The position numbers and the translations under genes are program-made. A stretch of 64,000 nucleotides of DNA, taken from the NCBI GenBank assembly GCA_963845755.1, contig CAWJTV010000027.1:32001-96000 (forward strand), in the 5' to 3' direction. The notes under the pieces were generated by a model. It was not told the origin of the DNA and made no database searches. It worked only from the letters and a program-made list of their open reading frames with translations. The stretch is from an uncultured Planctomycetota bacterium. Lineage in GTDB: Bacteria; Planctomycetota; Planctomycetia; Isosphaerales; Isosphaeraceae. Of this stretch, positions 1-10,217 are shown in pieces; the first letter of the stretch is position 1, and every line of letters starts with the position of its first letter.

Positions 1-809
1 AGTTCCCGGTTCTGGCGGTCGGAAGTCACATCCGCGTGGTCCTGGTCCGGCGTGGCGTCGGAAGACAGGACCGTCGCCGCGTCGGAACCGGCCACGCGGT
101 CGCCCCCCACGACCGGCGCGTGGAACCGATCGATCGCCTCCCTGAGGCTGCCCCCCTTGATGAACCGCATCGCGTAGTACGGCCGACCCCCGTCGTAGGT
201 CCCCAGCCCGTAGACGGGGACGATCCCCGGATGCTCCAGCCCGCCGGTGATCTCGGCTTCGGCCAGGAACCGCCTGCGACTCACCGGGTCGGCGGCGTAG
301 TGGTCCTGCATCTGCTTGAGGGCCACCTCGCGATTCAGCTCGGCATCGAGCGCCACGAAGACTTCGCCGATGCCGCCCCTGGCGTGGCGCCGCAGGACGC
401 GGAATCGCGGCCCGTCCTGGCAGGAGGCGGTGTTATCGCCGCCATCAAGGCCTCCCTCGCCAGGGACGGTCGATCCGATCGTAACGACCGAAGCGAAGGC
501 GTCGGTCACTTCGGGGTCGCCGAGCCGATCGATCCGCTCACGGGCCGTGGGGGTCTCGATCAGCATGGCCAGGCACTTCTCGGCGTCGCCGCCGTGCCGG
601 TTGATGTACTCGCCGGAAAGCGACTCGACCAGCTCGCGCTGCGCGGCGGTCAGGGCACCTTGAGCGACGAGGTGTTGGGCCAGGGTTCGGCCCGGTTCGC
701 GGGCCTGGGCCCGCAGCGCGGCGGGGATGACCGTCGGCGCGACCAGGTCGTTGTGGAGGGCGATCAGGCCGAAGAGCAAGTCGGTGGGGGCATCGCCGAG
801 TCGATTCAT
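1..809 (-). CDS. Ser/Thr protein kinase, N-terminal part (runs off window start)
   Basis: Manual minus-strand translation from ATG at 809: MNRLGDAPTDLLFGLIALHND...RFRVLRRHARGGIGEVFVALDAELNREVALKQ...RFLAEAEITGGLEHPGIVPVY; Hanks kinase subdomains I-V with a planctomycete-type N-terminus. Confidence 0.9.
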   Translation of the reverse strand, partial: MNRLGDAPTDLLFGLIALHNDLVAPTVIPAALRAQAREPGRTLAQHLVAQGALTAAQRELVESLSGEYINRHGGDAEKCLAMLIETPTARERIDRLGDPEVTDAFASVVTIGSTVPGEGGLDGGDNTASCQDGPRFRVLRRHARGGIGEVFVALDAELNREVALKQMQDHYAADPVSRRRFLAEAEITGGLEHPGIVPVYGLGTYDGGRPYYAMRFIKGGSLREAIDRFHAPVVGGDRVAGSDAATVLSSDATPDQDHADVTSDRQNRE

Positions 810-861
810 GGTCTCTCCCGATCCGGTCCCGACGCGCGGCCGCCGGGCGCCCGGGCGACAT

Positions 862-999
862 TCAAGGCCCGTCGAGTCGCTTGATCTCTTCGCGAACGAA
901 TTCCAGGACGCGGCTCTTGGCCTTGAAGACGGTCGCACGGCTCATCCCGAGCCGCTCCGCCACGACATCCCCGGAGAGCCCCTCGTCGGCCGTCAGCAT
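862..999 (-). pseudogene. Remnant of ECF sigma factor (region 4 only)
   Basis: Translates MLTADEGLSGDVVAERLGMSRATVFKAKSRVLEFVREEIKRLDGP*, resembling the sigma-70 region 4 HTH of planctomycete ECFs that precede kinases; no region 2 recognisable upstream. Confidence 0.7.
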
Positions 1000-1246
1000 A
1001 CCGTGGTAGAAGGATCGTCTCCGCCTTCCATGATAATCAGGATCCCTCGGTCACGGCTACGACCTCGTTGTACGAGCACGCATGGACTCCGGTCGGCCGT
1101 GGAGCGACGGCCCGAGGGGATCCGCCCTCGGCCGTGAAATCCCCATAGTTAATCTGCTTGACTTGACTCCCTCCGAAAAATTTTCCGAAGGTCGAGTCAG
1201 ATCTGCCTTCCGGGACCCGTAGCATCTGATGAGCCGAGCGGCTCGG

Positions 1247-1306
1247 GGATGAGCAAGTTTCAGGACCACACATTGTGGATGAGCAAGTTTCAGGACCACA
1301 CATTGT
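1247..1306. repeat. Perfect 30-bp tandem duplication
   Basis: GGATGAGCAAGTTTCAGGACCACACATTGT occurs twice head to tail (1247-1276, 1277-1306). Confidence 0.95.
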
Positions 1307-1566
1307 GAAGGATCGGATCATGACACGCCATTGGACCGCCGCCGTGTCGCGTACCCTCGGGATGATTCGCTCCGGACCGGCCCGCCGCCGCCGCACGAGC
1401 CCCTGCATCGAGAACCGGGAACATCGACTGTCAATGTCATCCTACTCGGCGGGCGGATTGGTCGTTGCGGATCTCGACCCGCAGCCCCTACCGCCCCGTG
1501 CCCCCGTTGATCATTGAGAGGCCGAGGGCGGCCGAAAGGATGTGCACGAGGCGCAGTGGCGTGCGC

Positions 1567-2833
1567 TCAGTCGCGCCCGCCACGCTCGGCGATCATCCGC
1601 ATCGCCGGCGGGCTCACGAACCGCTTGTCATGGAACCGCTCGCCCCAGGAAAGCGGGGTGACGTCGCGATACTCGTGCATCGCGTCCGCTCCGTATCCCG
1701 GGTGCAGTTGCTTACGGAGCGAGGCCCGCGCATTCGGATCGGCGCCGTGGTCCAGCAACATCTGGGCAAACGGTGCCACCTGCGGCTTTCCACCATGGTT
1801 CATCCAGAAGTTTGGCTGTGACACCACGGTTGAAAAGAGCGCGGTATGGCCGCCGAAGCCGTCCGGGGCGACGGCGGCCTTCGCGTTAACTTCCATCCCG
1901 CGATCGAGCAGCCAGCGCGCGATCTCCATCTCATCGTAATCGACGCACATGTGCAGGAGCGTGGCCCCGGCCAGCGGCGTCCCATGGGTCGCGAGGATCT
2001 CGTCGTGGCAGCCCAGCTCCGGTGGGTAGATCTCCTCGTGCGAAAACGTCCGCCGGAGGAGTCCCGGATCGCGCCTCAGATGGTCCTCGAGCCGGTCGAT
2101 GCGCCCCCGGTGGAGGGCCATCGGCGGCGTATCCGGCAGCACGAGACCGTGCTGGACATACAGCTCGAGGATCCGGTGCTTCGCCGAGGGATTGCGGCTA
2201 TCGGTCTCGAGCACCACGTCCGCCGGCGCCCGGCACACGCCATCGGCGTCACGGAGCTGCACCCCGAGCTCGAACAGGAGCTCCGTCCCGGCGACGCTGA
2301 GGGTGTAAGCGGGGTTGTTCAAGGCGTCGAGGGTGGGCGCGGGCGCCCATCATGGCGTGCAGCATCCGGGCGGTGCCGATCTGGCTCTGGAGCGTCGCCC
2401 GGTCGAGTGCCGACGCGAGATCGCGGGCACCGAGTTCGTGCAGGGCCAGGATGATCCGATCACGACCGAGGTTGGCCGCGTACGTCATCGGCGGGCCCCA
2501 GTTGGAATGTTCCGTCCCGCGCGCCGTCTCGTGGAGCAGCCGGGGATGCTTCAACACCAGCGCGCGGAGCGCGTCCAGATCATCGCGCCAGATCGCATCG
2601 GTCACCCGGCAGGCGAGCACGAGTCGCGGCCAGCTCGCGACGCTGTAGCTCCGGGCGAGGACGAGCTGCGCGTCGGCGAGCCGGGCATCGCGGGGCTCGA
2701 CGCTTTTGGGATGGTGTTTGCTCAGCTCCGCGATCGCGGCCAGATCGCCGCGCCGGATCTGGCGCAACAGGTCCTTCGCCTGATGCCTGAGCTGATCGAG
2801 GTCGGGGCGGACGGGGAGATGGCGGTCGGCCAT
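1567..2833 (-). CDS. Ankyrin-repeat domain protein (frameshift near 2320-2345)
   Basis: ORFs 2249..2839 and 1567..2322 join; N-terminal LPVRPDLDQLRHQAKDLL...LADAQLVLARSYSVASW motif; ankyrin motifs GATLLHMCV...LLDRGMEVN and LLDHGADPNAR; AGGAGG RBS. Confidence 0.8.
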
Positions 2834-2838
2834 GGACA

Positions 2839-2960
2839 AACCTCCTACAGAATGGCCCGTTGTCCGCTGCGTCGGGCGAGAAGGAGGTTCGTGAGAACCG
2901 TGTTCTTGTGCAAGTCAGACAGGTGGACTCGGTCCTGCCCGCGGACGGGGTGCGTCCTGT
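2839..2960 (-). promoter_or_regulatory. Candidate structured 5' leader RNA sequestering the RBS
   Basis: Complementary pairs 2839-2846/2882-2889 (covers AGGAGG), 2855-2859/2873-2877, and 2862-2867/2941-2946. Confidence 0.45.
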
Positions 2961-3161
2961 CACGCAGGGCGAAGGATACCTTGTGGTCGCGCACGCGTCA
3001 ACGTCGCGCGGCAGCGGGCCGGTCCCGAGGCCACGGAGGGTCTGTTCGAACGATCCGCAATCACTTCGCTCAGGAGTACAGACCTGAGTGGGTCACTCCC
3101 GATCGCTCCGGCATCATCGTCGTTAACACGCTCAGGTCTTATACCGACGATTCCATTCATG

Positions 3162-3614
3162 TCATGAAGAATTTTTGGACCCACGCAGCTCCTCGCGCAC
3201 TCTCATGAGGATCTTGCCCAGCCTGTTCTTGCCGCGGCCGTCGCCGCCGTCGCCCCAGTAGTCGTCGTTCTCGGTGTGCTCGACGATCTCGGCATCGCCC
3301 GTGCCCAGGAGGATCTCTCGCAGATCGTCGTGCTGCGTGAACTTGGCCAGGACGGCCTCGTGCATGATCGCGTCCTTGGCCGACTCCCAATCCTTGCGGA
3401 GCGGGCGCTTCCGGCTGCGGCCCATCCGCGCGGCAATCATCGGCGACCTGGCCTGGCGCACCGCTTCCTCATCGGCCGTCCCGGCGAACTTCTGGGCCTG
3501 GAAGTAATGCTCGCTCGTCGGCCAGGTCTTGCCCTTGAGCCGGATCGGGTGCGGCGAGAAGTTCGAGAAGCCCCCGTACGCGCCGCTGACGCTGTAAAAA
3601 TGGATGACGTCCAT
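3162..3614 (-). CDS. NADAR (YbiA-like) family protein
   Basis: FSNFSPHPI...WPTSEHYFQAQKF...AKFTQH..L...LL.TGDAEIVEHTENDDYWGDGGDGRGKNRLGKILMRVRE. Confidence 0.93.
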   Translation of the reverse strand: MDVIHFYSVSGAYGGFSNFSPHPIRLKGKTWPTSEHYFQAQKFAGTADEEAVRQARSPMIAARMGRSRKRPLRKDWESAKDAIMHEAVLAKFTQHDDLREILLGTGDAEIVEHTENDDYWGDGGDGRGKNRLGKILMRVREELRGSKNSS

Positions 3615-3648
3615 GACTCTTCCGCCTTTCGGTCTCATGATCGGCCGC

Positions 3649-6252
3649 TCACAACCGCGGATCCACCGGCTCGCTCTCGAGCGCCAGCACGCCGAAGACG
3701 CACTCGTGGACCCGCCGCAACGGCTCCCTTCGGACGAACCGCTCCAGGCCCTCGACGCCGAGCGCGAACTCGCCCAGGGCCAGCGAACGCTTCCGGCCCA
3801 GTCCTCGCGAGCGCAGCCGTTCGAGGTTCGCCTCCGTGGTGTACTCGGGCCCGTAGATGATCCGCAGATATTCTCGACCGCGGCATTTCACTGCGGGCTG
3901 GGACAGGCCGCGGCCGCCCCGATGGATGAAGTCCCAGGGCTTGACGACCATCCCTTCACCGCCCCGGCCGGTCAACTCGGTCCACCACGCGATTCCGTCG
4001 GACTGGCTGGCGGAGTCGGTCACCTCCACGACCTTGTACGGAGTGGCCAGCATGACTTCCGGATCGGCCCGGCAGAGTTCGGCCAGCGCGTCCATGTGCC
4101 AGGCGTGGTCCTGGTCGACGTGGACGCGTCCCTCCGAGGCCAGCAGGTGGAACGGGGCCAGTTTCCAATCGGTGAGGGCGGCCACCGGCCAGCAGTATCG
4201 GCGATAGGCCGCGACGAACCGGGCGACGTCCTGCTCCCGGCGCCGGTATTCGGCTTCGACCTGAAGGACCTGGTCTCGCTCGGAGCCCTCCAGCCGCGCA
4301 GCGGACCGCTCGAGGGACGCGACGACCCGGGGCAACGCCGCCAGGCCCGCGGACCCGACCGCCGCGTACTGGGTCTTCAACAGCTCCTGCGCCTTGGCCG
4401 ACCACGGCATCAATTCGCAGTCGAGGCAGACCCAGGTTGTCTCCAGCCGTGCCCAGAGGTCAACCCGGGTAATCGCCGCACGCACCCGATCGAGGAACTG
4501 TCGTTCCAGCTCGGGGTCGTTGATGAACCGGCGGCCGGTGCGGGTGTAGACGATGCCGATTTCACCCGTGGTAACGCCGAACCACTCCCGCGCCGCGGCC
4601 TCGTCGCGACAGATGATCGCGACGGCCCGCGATCCCATGTGCTTCTCCTCGCAGACGACCCGAGAGACACCCTCGTTGCGATAGTAGGCGAACGCCTCGG
4701 CTGGATGCTCCAGCAATCCCGGCTGGCCCGAGGTCGCGCACGGCGACATCGTCGGTGGCAGATAGATCAGCCACCGAGGATCGGCCGCGAACCGGCTCAT
4801 GACTTCCAGGGCCGCCGCGGCGTTCTCCTCCCGGATCGTCACATTCCCGCGCAAACGTGTGGGGATGATTCGCTTGCCCAGCACGTCCTCGGTGTCGAGC
4901 AATTCGTCGTGGACCTGCTGCGCCGTGAGGGATGTTCCCTGTCTCTCTTCGGGGAGGAACGGCCGCGCCGGCTTGCTGTAGGTCCGCGCGGCGGGCACCG
5001 AGACGAACTCCTTCTCGGGGTAGCGCATGGCCGTGAGCTTGCCGCCGAATACGCAGCCGGTGTCGATGTTGACCGTCCGGTTGAGCCAGTCCGGCTCGGG
5101 GACGGGCGTGTGGCCGTAGACGACCATCGCCGGACCGCGATACTCGGCCGCCCAGTTGAAGCGGACGGGCAGACCGAACTCATCGGTCTCGCCGGTAGTC
5201 TCGCCATAGAGGGCGAATTCCCGCACGCCGCCCGATCCACGCCCCTGCATCTCTTGCTTCATCCCGGCGTGGGCGACGACCAGCCGGCCATCGTCGAGGA
5301 CGTAGTGGCTGACCAGGCCGTCGAGGAAGTCGATCAGCTCGCCCTGAAAGAGGGTCTTCTCCATGCTCGGCAGGGCGTCGAACTCGGCCATCGTCTCCGC
5401 CAACCCGTGCGTCCTCTGGACATTCTTGCCCCTCAGCGCCTTCAAGAACTTCATGTCGTGGTTGCCGGGGACGCAGAGGGCCGAACCGAGGTAGGCCATG
5501 TTCCGCACCAGCCGCACCGTGTCGAGGCTGCGCGGGCCGCGGTCGACCAGGTCGCCGAGGAAGACGGCCTTGCGGCCGTCGGGGTGGACGAATGCCCGAT
5601 TGCCCCACTGGGGATCGTCGTAGTCCAGCGAGGACTCGACATAGCCGAGGCGCCCGAGCAGTTCCTCCAGCTCGCCGCAACAGCCGTGAACATCGCCGAT
5701 GATGTCGAACGGGCCATGCTCGGCGCGCTTATCGGTCCAGAGGGGGATGCGCTCGACGGTGGCGGCCTCGGCCTCCTCGGGCGTCTCGATCGTGAAGATA
5801 TGCCGGAAGCCTTCCTTGCGGAGCGCCCCGAGCGATCGGCGCAGTTGCGACTTCTGGTTGCGGACGACGTGCGGTCCGAAGTTCCGATCGCTCCGAAGAC
5901 CGTTTCGCTCCAGGCAGACCGACTCGGGCAGGTCGAGCACGATTGCCACCGGCAGGCAGTGGTACTGCCGGGCCAGTTCGACGTACGGCTTGCGGGCCTC
6001 GGGCTGGACGTTGGTGGCGTCAACGACCGTCAGCCGGCCCAGTGCCAGCCGCTTGCCGGCGATGAAACGGAGTACCTCGAACGCGTCCTTGGTGACGGCC
6101 TGGTCGTTCTGGTCGTCGCTCACCATGGCGCGGCAGGCGTCCGATGAGAGGATCTCGGTAGGGCGAAAGTGCCTGCGCGCGAACGTGCTCTTGCCCGAGC
6201 CGCTGGGGCCGATCAGGACGACGAGGCTGAGGTTGGGGATCTTGATGTTCAT
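3649..6252 (-). CDS. pnkp: Bacterial polynucleotide kinase-phosphatase-ligase Pnkp
   Basis: P-loop GPSGSGKST and VVDATN; metallophosphoesterase GDVHGC, GDLVDRGP, GNHD; ligase motifs EEKHMGSR and EGMVVKP; C-terminal ESEPVDPRL. Confidence 0.96.
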   Translation of the reverse strand: MNIKIPNLSLVVLIGPSGSGKSTFARRHFRPTEILSSDACRAMVSDDQNDQAVTKDAFEVLRFIAGKRLALGRLTVVDATNVQPEARKPYVELARQYHCLPVAIVLDLPESVCLERNGLRSDRNFGPHVVRNQKSQLRRSLGALRKEGFRHIFTIETPEEAEAATVERIPLWTDKRAEHGPFDIIGDVHGCCGELEELLGRLGYVESSLDYDDPQWGNRAFVHPDGRKAVFLGDLVDRGPRSLDTVRLVRNMAYLGSALCVPGNHDMKFLKALRGKNVQRTHGLAETMAEFDALPSMEKTLFQGELIDFLDGLVSHYVLDDGRLVVAHAGMKQEMQGRGSGGVREFALYGETTGETDEFGLPVRFNWAAEYRGPAMVVYGHTPVPEPDWLNRTVNIDTGCVFGGKLTAMRYPEKEFVSVPAARTYSKPARPFLPEERQGTSLTAQQVHDELLDTEDVLGKRIIPTRLRGNVTIREENAAAALEVMSRFAADPRWLIYLPPTMSPCATSGQPGLLEHPAEAFAYYRNEGVSRVVCEEKHMGSRAVAIICRDEAAAREWFGVTTGEIGIVYTRTGRRFINDPELERQFLDRVRAAITRVDLWARLETTWVCLDCELMPWSAKAQELLKTQYAAVGSAGLAALPRVVASLERSAARLEGSERDQVLQVEAEYRRREQDVARFVAAYRRYCWPVAALTDWKLAPFHLLASEGRVHVDQDHAWHMDALAELCRADPEVMLATPYKVVEVTDSASQSDGIAWWTELTGRGGEGMVVKPWDFIHRGGRGLSQPAVKCRGREYLRIIYGPEYTTEANLERLRSRGLGRKRSLALGEFALGVEGLERFVRREPLRRVHECVFGVLALESEPVDPRL

Positions 6253-6275
6253 GCTCGTGGAAACGGTAGAGAGAT

Positions 6276-7331
6276 TCACAGCGGCCAATCGGTCTGGAAC
6301 CGATGTTGCAGGACCGGATTCGAGAGACTCACCCTCTCGATCGCGATCTCGAACAGGGACGTGACGAGTTTCCGGTCGGGTACGCGCTTTCCTTCCATGG
6401 CTCCCGATTGTCCCTGTCGTCGCAGGTAGAGCACGGCATACCGATTGTGGTGGCCTTCCTCCGACGCAGACGCCGACGCAGAGAGGGCTTGCAGGACATC
6501 CGGAAAATCGAAGGTCCCGGCGGGTAGTTCGGTATTCTCGGAGCTCTCTCCCTTCGGATACTGGACGCGGGCCGAACCGTCCGATCGAATATCCAGCTCC
6601 CATGGTTGAAAGATCATCAGACGGATTCTCAAATGGATTTCCAGGACAGGCCCTTGGTTGACCGTCAGGAACTCGACGCCCTCGGGGTGGTTCGCGGCAA
6701 AGTAGTAACCCCAGATCTCCGCGACAATAACGTCTTCCCAGAGATCGTAGTTTTGGACGCTGTCATCGACGTAGGGGCCGTCAGTCCAGACAGGAATCGC
6801 CCGATCTCGCTCCGACTCGAAGCGCACGTTCAATCCTTCATCGCGGAGGCAAAAGCGAGAGCCGAACGTAAGCTCTTGCAAGACGAAGGTCACCAGAAAC
6901 CGGGAGAGCGAGTCGCAAACGCGCATCTCGCCCATGCCCCCTTGCTCATCTTCACCCGGCAATTCGCCGTAACACCAGACCGGCGGGTCGTCGCCCTCGG
7001 GGAGAGTCCGGCAGCTCCAATTTCCCTGGTTCTCCCAGAGGAACACGATCTTGCCGTCGTCTTCGGATTTCAGGTCCTCCATCGCCACCAAACCATCCTG
7101 ATGTGAAAAAGCCGGCATGGCCGACTCGGAATTCCCCCAGTGTGGCCACCGCCCGGCGAACTCGTAGAGCCGCTTCAATGGCATGGGCAAAGATCGCTCG
7201 CTCAACGCCTGGGCCGACTCGCCGTATGACGCCTGGCGTGGCCCGAGCCAGAACTCGATGAACGTGCACAGGGCATTCATTCGATCGCTAGCGGTCACGG
7301 CTTCCATCAGCTTCGGTCGGTACGTGCCCAT
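6276..7331 (-). CDS. Hypothetical protein with SMI1/KNR4 (SUKH)-like N-terminal domain
   Basis: LPMPLKRLYEFAGRW...QDGL...KIVFLWENQGNWSC...DDPPVW resembles SUKH immunity proteins; this is the C-terminal part of track ORF 6276..9260. Confidence 0.55.
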   Translation of the reverse strand: MGTYRPKLMEAVTASDRMNALCTFIEFWLGPRQASYGESAQALSERSLPMPLKRLYEFAGRWPHWGNSESAMPAFSHQDGLVAMEDLKSEDDGKIVFLWENQGNWSCRTLPEGDDPPVWCYGELPGEDEQGGMGEMRVCDSLSRFLVTFVLQELTFGSRFCLRDEGLNVRFESERDRAIPVWTDGPYVDDSVQNYDLWEDVIVAEIWGYYFAANHPEGVEFLTVNQGPVLEIHLRIRLMIFQPWELDIRSDGSARVQYPKGESSENTELPAGTFDFPDVLQALSASASASEEGHHNRYAVLYLRRQGQSGAMEGKRVPDRKLVTSLFEIAIERVSLSNPVLQHRFQTDWPL

Positions 7332-7347
7332 CCCGTTCCCTGCCTTT

Positions 7348-8759
7348 TCAGACGGACTGGTGATCGACCCGTTCAAAGATCCCCATCTGTGTCGGCGGCC
7401 CGAGGACCGCATCTTCCGGCCCGACCGGGAGGAATCGGACGTCATAACCGAACCGATCGGCGACGCCCCGTGCCCAATCCTGGAACTCCGGGCGCGTCCA
7501 TTCGAAGCGATGATCGGGATGGCGGAACCGCTCCGAGCCCACTGCCTCCCAGCACACGTTATATTCGCGGTTCGGCGTCGTGAGAGCGATCGATCTCGGG
7601 CGAGCACACCCGAACAAGACCCTCTCAAACGCCGACAGCCGGGGCGGGTCGAGATGCTCGACCACCTCGACAACCGCCGCGGCGTCGAAGCCCTCGAGCC
7701 GCTTGTCCCGATAGGTGAGCGACCCGTGCAGCAGCCGGATGCGCCAGCCTGCTTCTCGGGCAGCCGGTCGAGCTTGAGCCGTTCACGGGCTGTTTCGAGC
7801 GAGCGAATGGATACGTCCAGGCCGACGATTTCCTCGAATTGCGGGTCCTCGAGCAGCGCGCGGAGCAGCTTCCCCTCGCCGCAGCCCAGGTCGAGCACAC
7901 GTCTGGCCCCGCTCGACCGGAGTGCCGCCACGACCGCGCCGAGTCGCTGCTCGTGCAAGCTCAGGGGTGTTTCCAGGAGGCTCTCGGCCACGTCAGCCGG
8001 CCGCTCATCCCTCTCCGCATCGACCGGCTGTTCCTCGGAGACCAGCCGGGCGAGCGCCTCTCGGTACAGGCTCGGGCGGAACTTCAGATAACGTCGGGTG
8101 ATCTCCTCCTTCTCGGGGTGACCGGCCAGCCAGCCACTCCCCTTGGCCAGCAGCTTCTCCAGTTCCTCCGGGCCCACGAAATAGTGTTTCTGATTGTCGA
8201 AGACCGGGATGAGGACGTAGAGATGCGTTAAAAGGTCCGCGAGTCGCGTCGTTTTCGAGACCGTGACGGACCAGTACGGACTCTCACCCCACTCGGGGAA
8301 CCGATCGTCGAGGGGGTGCCGCTCGGCCGCAACGGCGTATCCCAGCGGCTCGAACACGGCACGGAGGAACCGCTCGCCACCGCGAACGGGGAGGACATCG
8401 ATCCGGGCCGACAGCGGCATGGTGAGCGTCGTCAGCTCGGGACGGTCCCGGCAACGTCCCTGGAGGGCCGAGCCATAAACCTGCGCGATCGCCACGCTGA
8501 GAAACGACGAGGCCGCGTATGGCCGGTCGTTTACGTACTGCGCCAGCAGCCCCTCGCCCGACCCTCGGCCCCGGACGATCCCTACCGGATCGATGTCGAG
8601 CAGCAGGCAGGCGGTGCAGCGCTCGTCGGACACCTCGGGATAGAAGACGTGCACCCGGCCGAAGCTGAGGTCGTAGCCCTGGCAGCGTCCCGGATGCTTG
8701 TGCAGCAAAAAGCCGAGCTCACCCGCCGGCCGGTGCGTCGTCGTGATGGTCAGCAGCAT
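7348..8759 (-). CDS. hen1: 3'-terminal RNA ribose 2'-O-methyltransferase Hen1 (frameshift near 7745)
   Basis: MLLTITTTHRPAGELGFLLHKHP, YVNDRPYAASS, VLDLGCGEG; C-terminus EHLDPPRL...TTPNREYN...FRHPDHRFEWTR in ORF 7348..7665. Confidence 0.95.
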
Positions 8760-9389
8760 CCGCCTGAGTTCCTCATCCACACGGATCAACGGACAGCGGC
8801 CGGGACCCGGCACCATGCGCAAAAGCCCCACGGTCAACACCGTACCGCTGCAGTCAGTTCGCATGCCAGACTTGAGGCGTGGTCTTGTCTTCTCCCTCGC
8901 CCCGCCCGGACGAATACCGAATCGGCCGCCGCCGGTGTTCGAGCGCCTCACACGTGCGTGGCACGCGCCCCGCGCTGCGGAACGGACTCCCGACCTGGCC
9001 ACCCGGCCGACCGCAGGTCTTCTCCGGGACTCACCGACCGATGCGGGTGTCATCACGTGGCACAATGGGACATCTTTTTCCCAGGTCGCTATCCCCGATC
9101 CCTTTGGCTGATATCCGGTTGCGACGACAACCTGGACCGGGAGGCGCGGTCCAGGCGCCCGTCTCGAGAGTGATCGCACGTGGGCCATACTCTCAGGATG
9201 CCGCAACTTTGGGAAACCGTTAATGCACCTAGTGGGGATTTCGGCCGAGAGCCGCCCCAACTCTCAGCCCCAGCAGCAGATAAAAAATCCGAAATAATTT
9301 TCAGCCTGTGGTTTAGCGGGGGGTCTTCGCGTCGCCCTGGGGGATGCGCGACACCGCGGTTAAGCGCTCTAAACTCGGCCGCTCCTCTC

Positions 9390-9419
9390 TTGACGATCCT
9401 TTGACAATTGTCGTATAGT
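9390..9419 (+). promoter_or_regulatory. Putative sigma-70 promoter with internal palindrome
   Basis: TTGACG-N18-TATAGT; palindrome GACAATTGTC (9403-9412) in the spacer. Confidence 0.4.
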
Positions 9420-9482
9420 CCAGCAGGTGGCAGTCCCACGAAACCGGCGTGCGCCGCGTCCCCTGGCACGGGTTCCCTTTCG

Positions 9483-10217
9483 ATGTCGGCCCCGACCCGT
9501 TGGATCCTTCTGGGATTGGTGCTGATCCTGATGCTGGCCCATCCCGGCATCGTCGCGGCCGGGATGGCCTCGCCGACTCTGGCCGATGTGAAGCGAGCCC
9601 TTGGGCTCTCGGACATGTCCCGGATGCGGCTGGAGGTGATCTCCGCCGCGCTGCTGGTGATCCTGCTCGGTGCCGGGGCGATCCAGTGGATCTGGAACGC
9701 CTTGCGCCGGGACTTCCCGCGGCTGCCCCGGCTCAGCTATGGGAAGGCGATGGGGATCGTCGTCCTGTGGGGGCTGCTCTTCGTCCTGGTGCTCACGATG
9801 ATCTCGGGCGCGCGGGAGCTGATGACGCCGGGGGCCTGGAAGAAGAAGGGGTTGACCTACCAGCTCGCCGCGGAGCCGCCCCCGGACGCGGAGCGCCTGA
9901 TCGCCGCCCGGGTCCAGGCGATCGAACGCCTGGGCGGCGCATTCCGCGACTATGCCAAGACCCACGGCCGCAACATCCCCACGGCTGAGGACGCGACCGC
10001 CCCGATCCCGGAGATCCTCTGGCAGGTCCCGGGTTTCCCCGGAGCGCGTTATGTCTATGTCGGCGACCGGATGGTCTCGGCAATGTTCTTGGGGACGCTG
10101 CTGGCCTACGAGCCCGACGCGGTCGGCCCCGACCGGCTGGTCATCGGGGCCAGCGGAGTGGCCATCTGGCTGCCCGCCGCCGAGATCGAACGCCTCTTGA
10201 GCCAGGGGGGGCGGTGA
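9483..10217 (+). CDS. Hypothetical membrane protein
   Basis: Three hydrophobic segments; VLTMISGARELMTPGAW motif; overlaps start of next gene. Confidence 0.7.
   Translation: MSAPTRWILLGLVLILMLAHPGIVAAGMASPTLADVKRALGLSDMSRMRLEVISAALLVILLGAGAIQWIWNALRRDFPRLPRLSYGKAMGIVVLWGLLFVLVLTMISGARELMTPGAWKKKGLTYQLAAEPPPDAERLIAARVQAIERLGGAFRDYAKTHGRNIPTAEDATAPIPEILWQVPGFPGARYVYVGDRMVSAMFLGTLLAYEPDAVGPDRLVIGASGVAIWLPAAEIERLLSQGGR

Noticed and set aside
1247..1306. Possible CRISPR repeat
   Set aside because: Two directly abutting copies with no spacer and no cas genes
3604..6147. 847-aa plus-strand ORF, and similar long antisense ORFs at 36..884, 11482..13020, 43798..45423, 54871..56985
   Set aside because: Shadow frames of real high-GC genes on the opposite strand
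6276..9260. 994-aa ORF suggesting Hen1 fused to a novel domain
   Set aside because: A frameshift near 7745 runs Hen1 into the frame of the next gene; the real Hen1 C-terminus is in ORF 7348..7665
8760..9300. Possible Y RNA or tRNA-like RNA upstream of the RNA-repair cluster
   Set aside because: Only a 9-bp hairpin (9131-9155) seen; no tRNA-like motifs and no Ro60 gene
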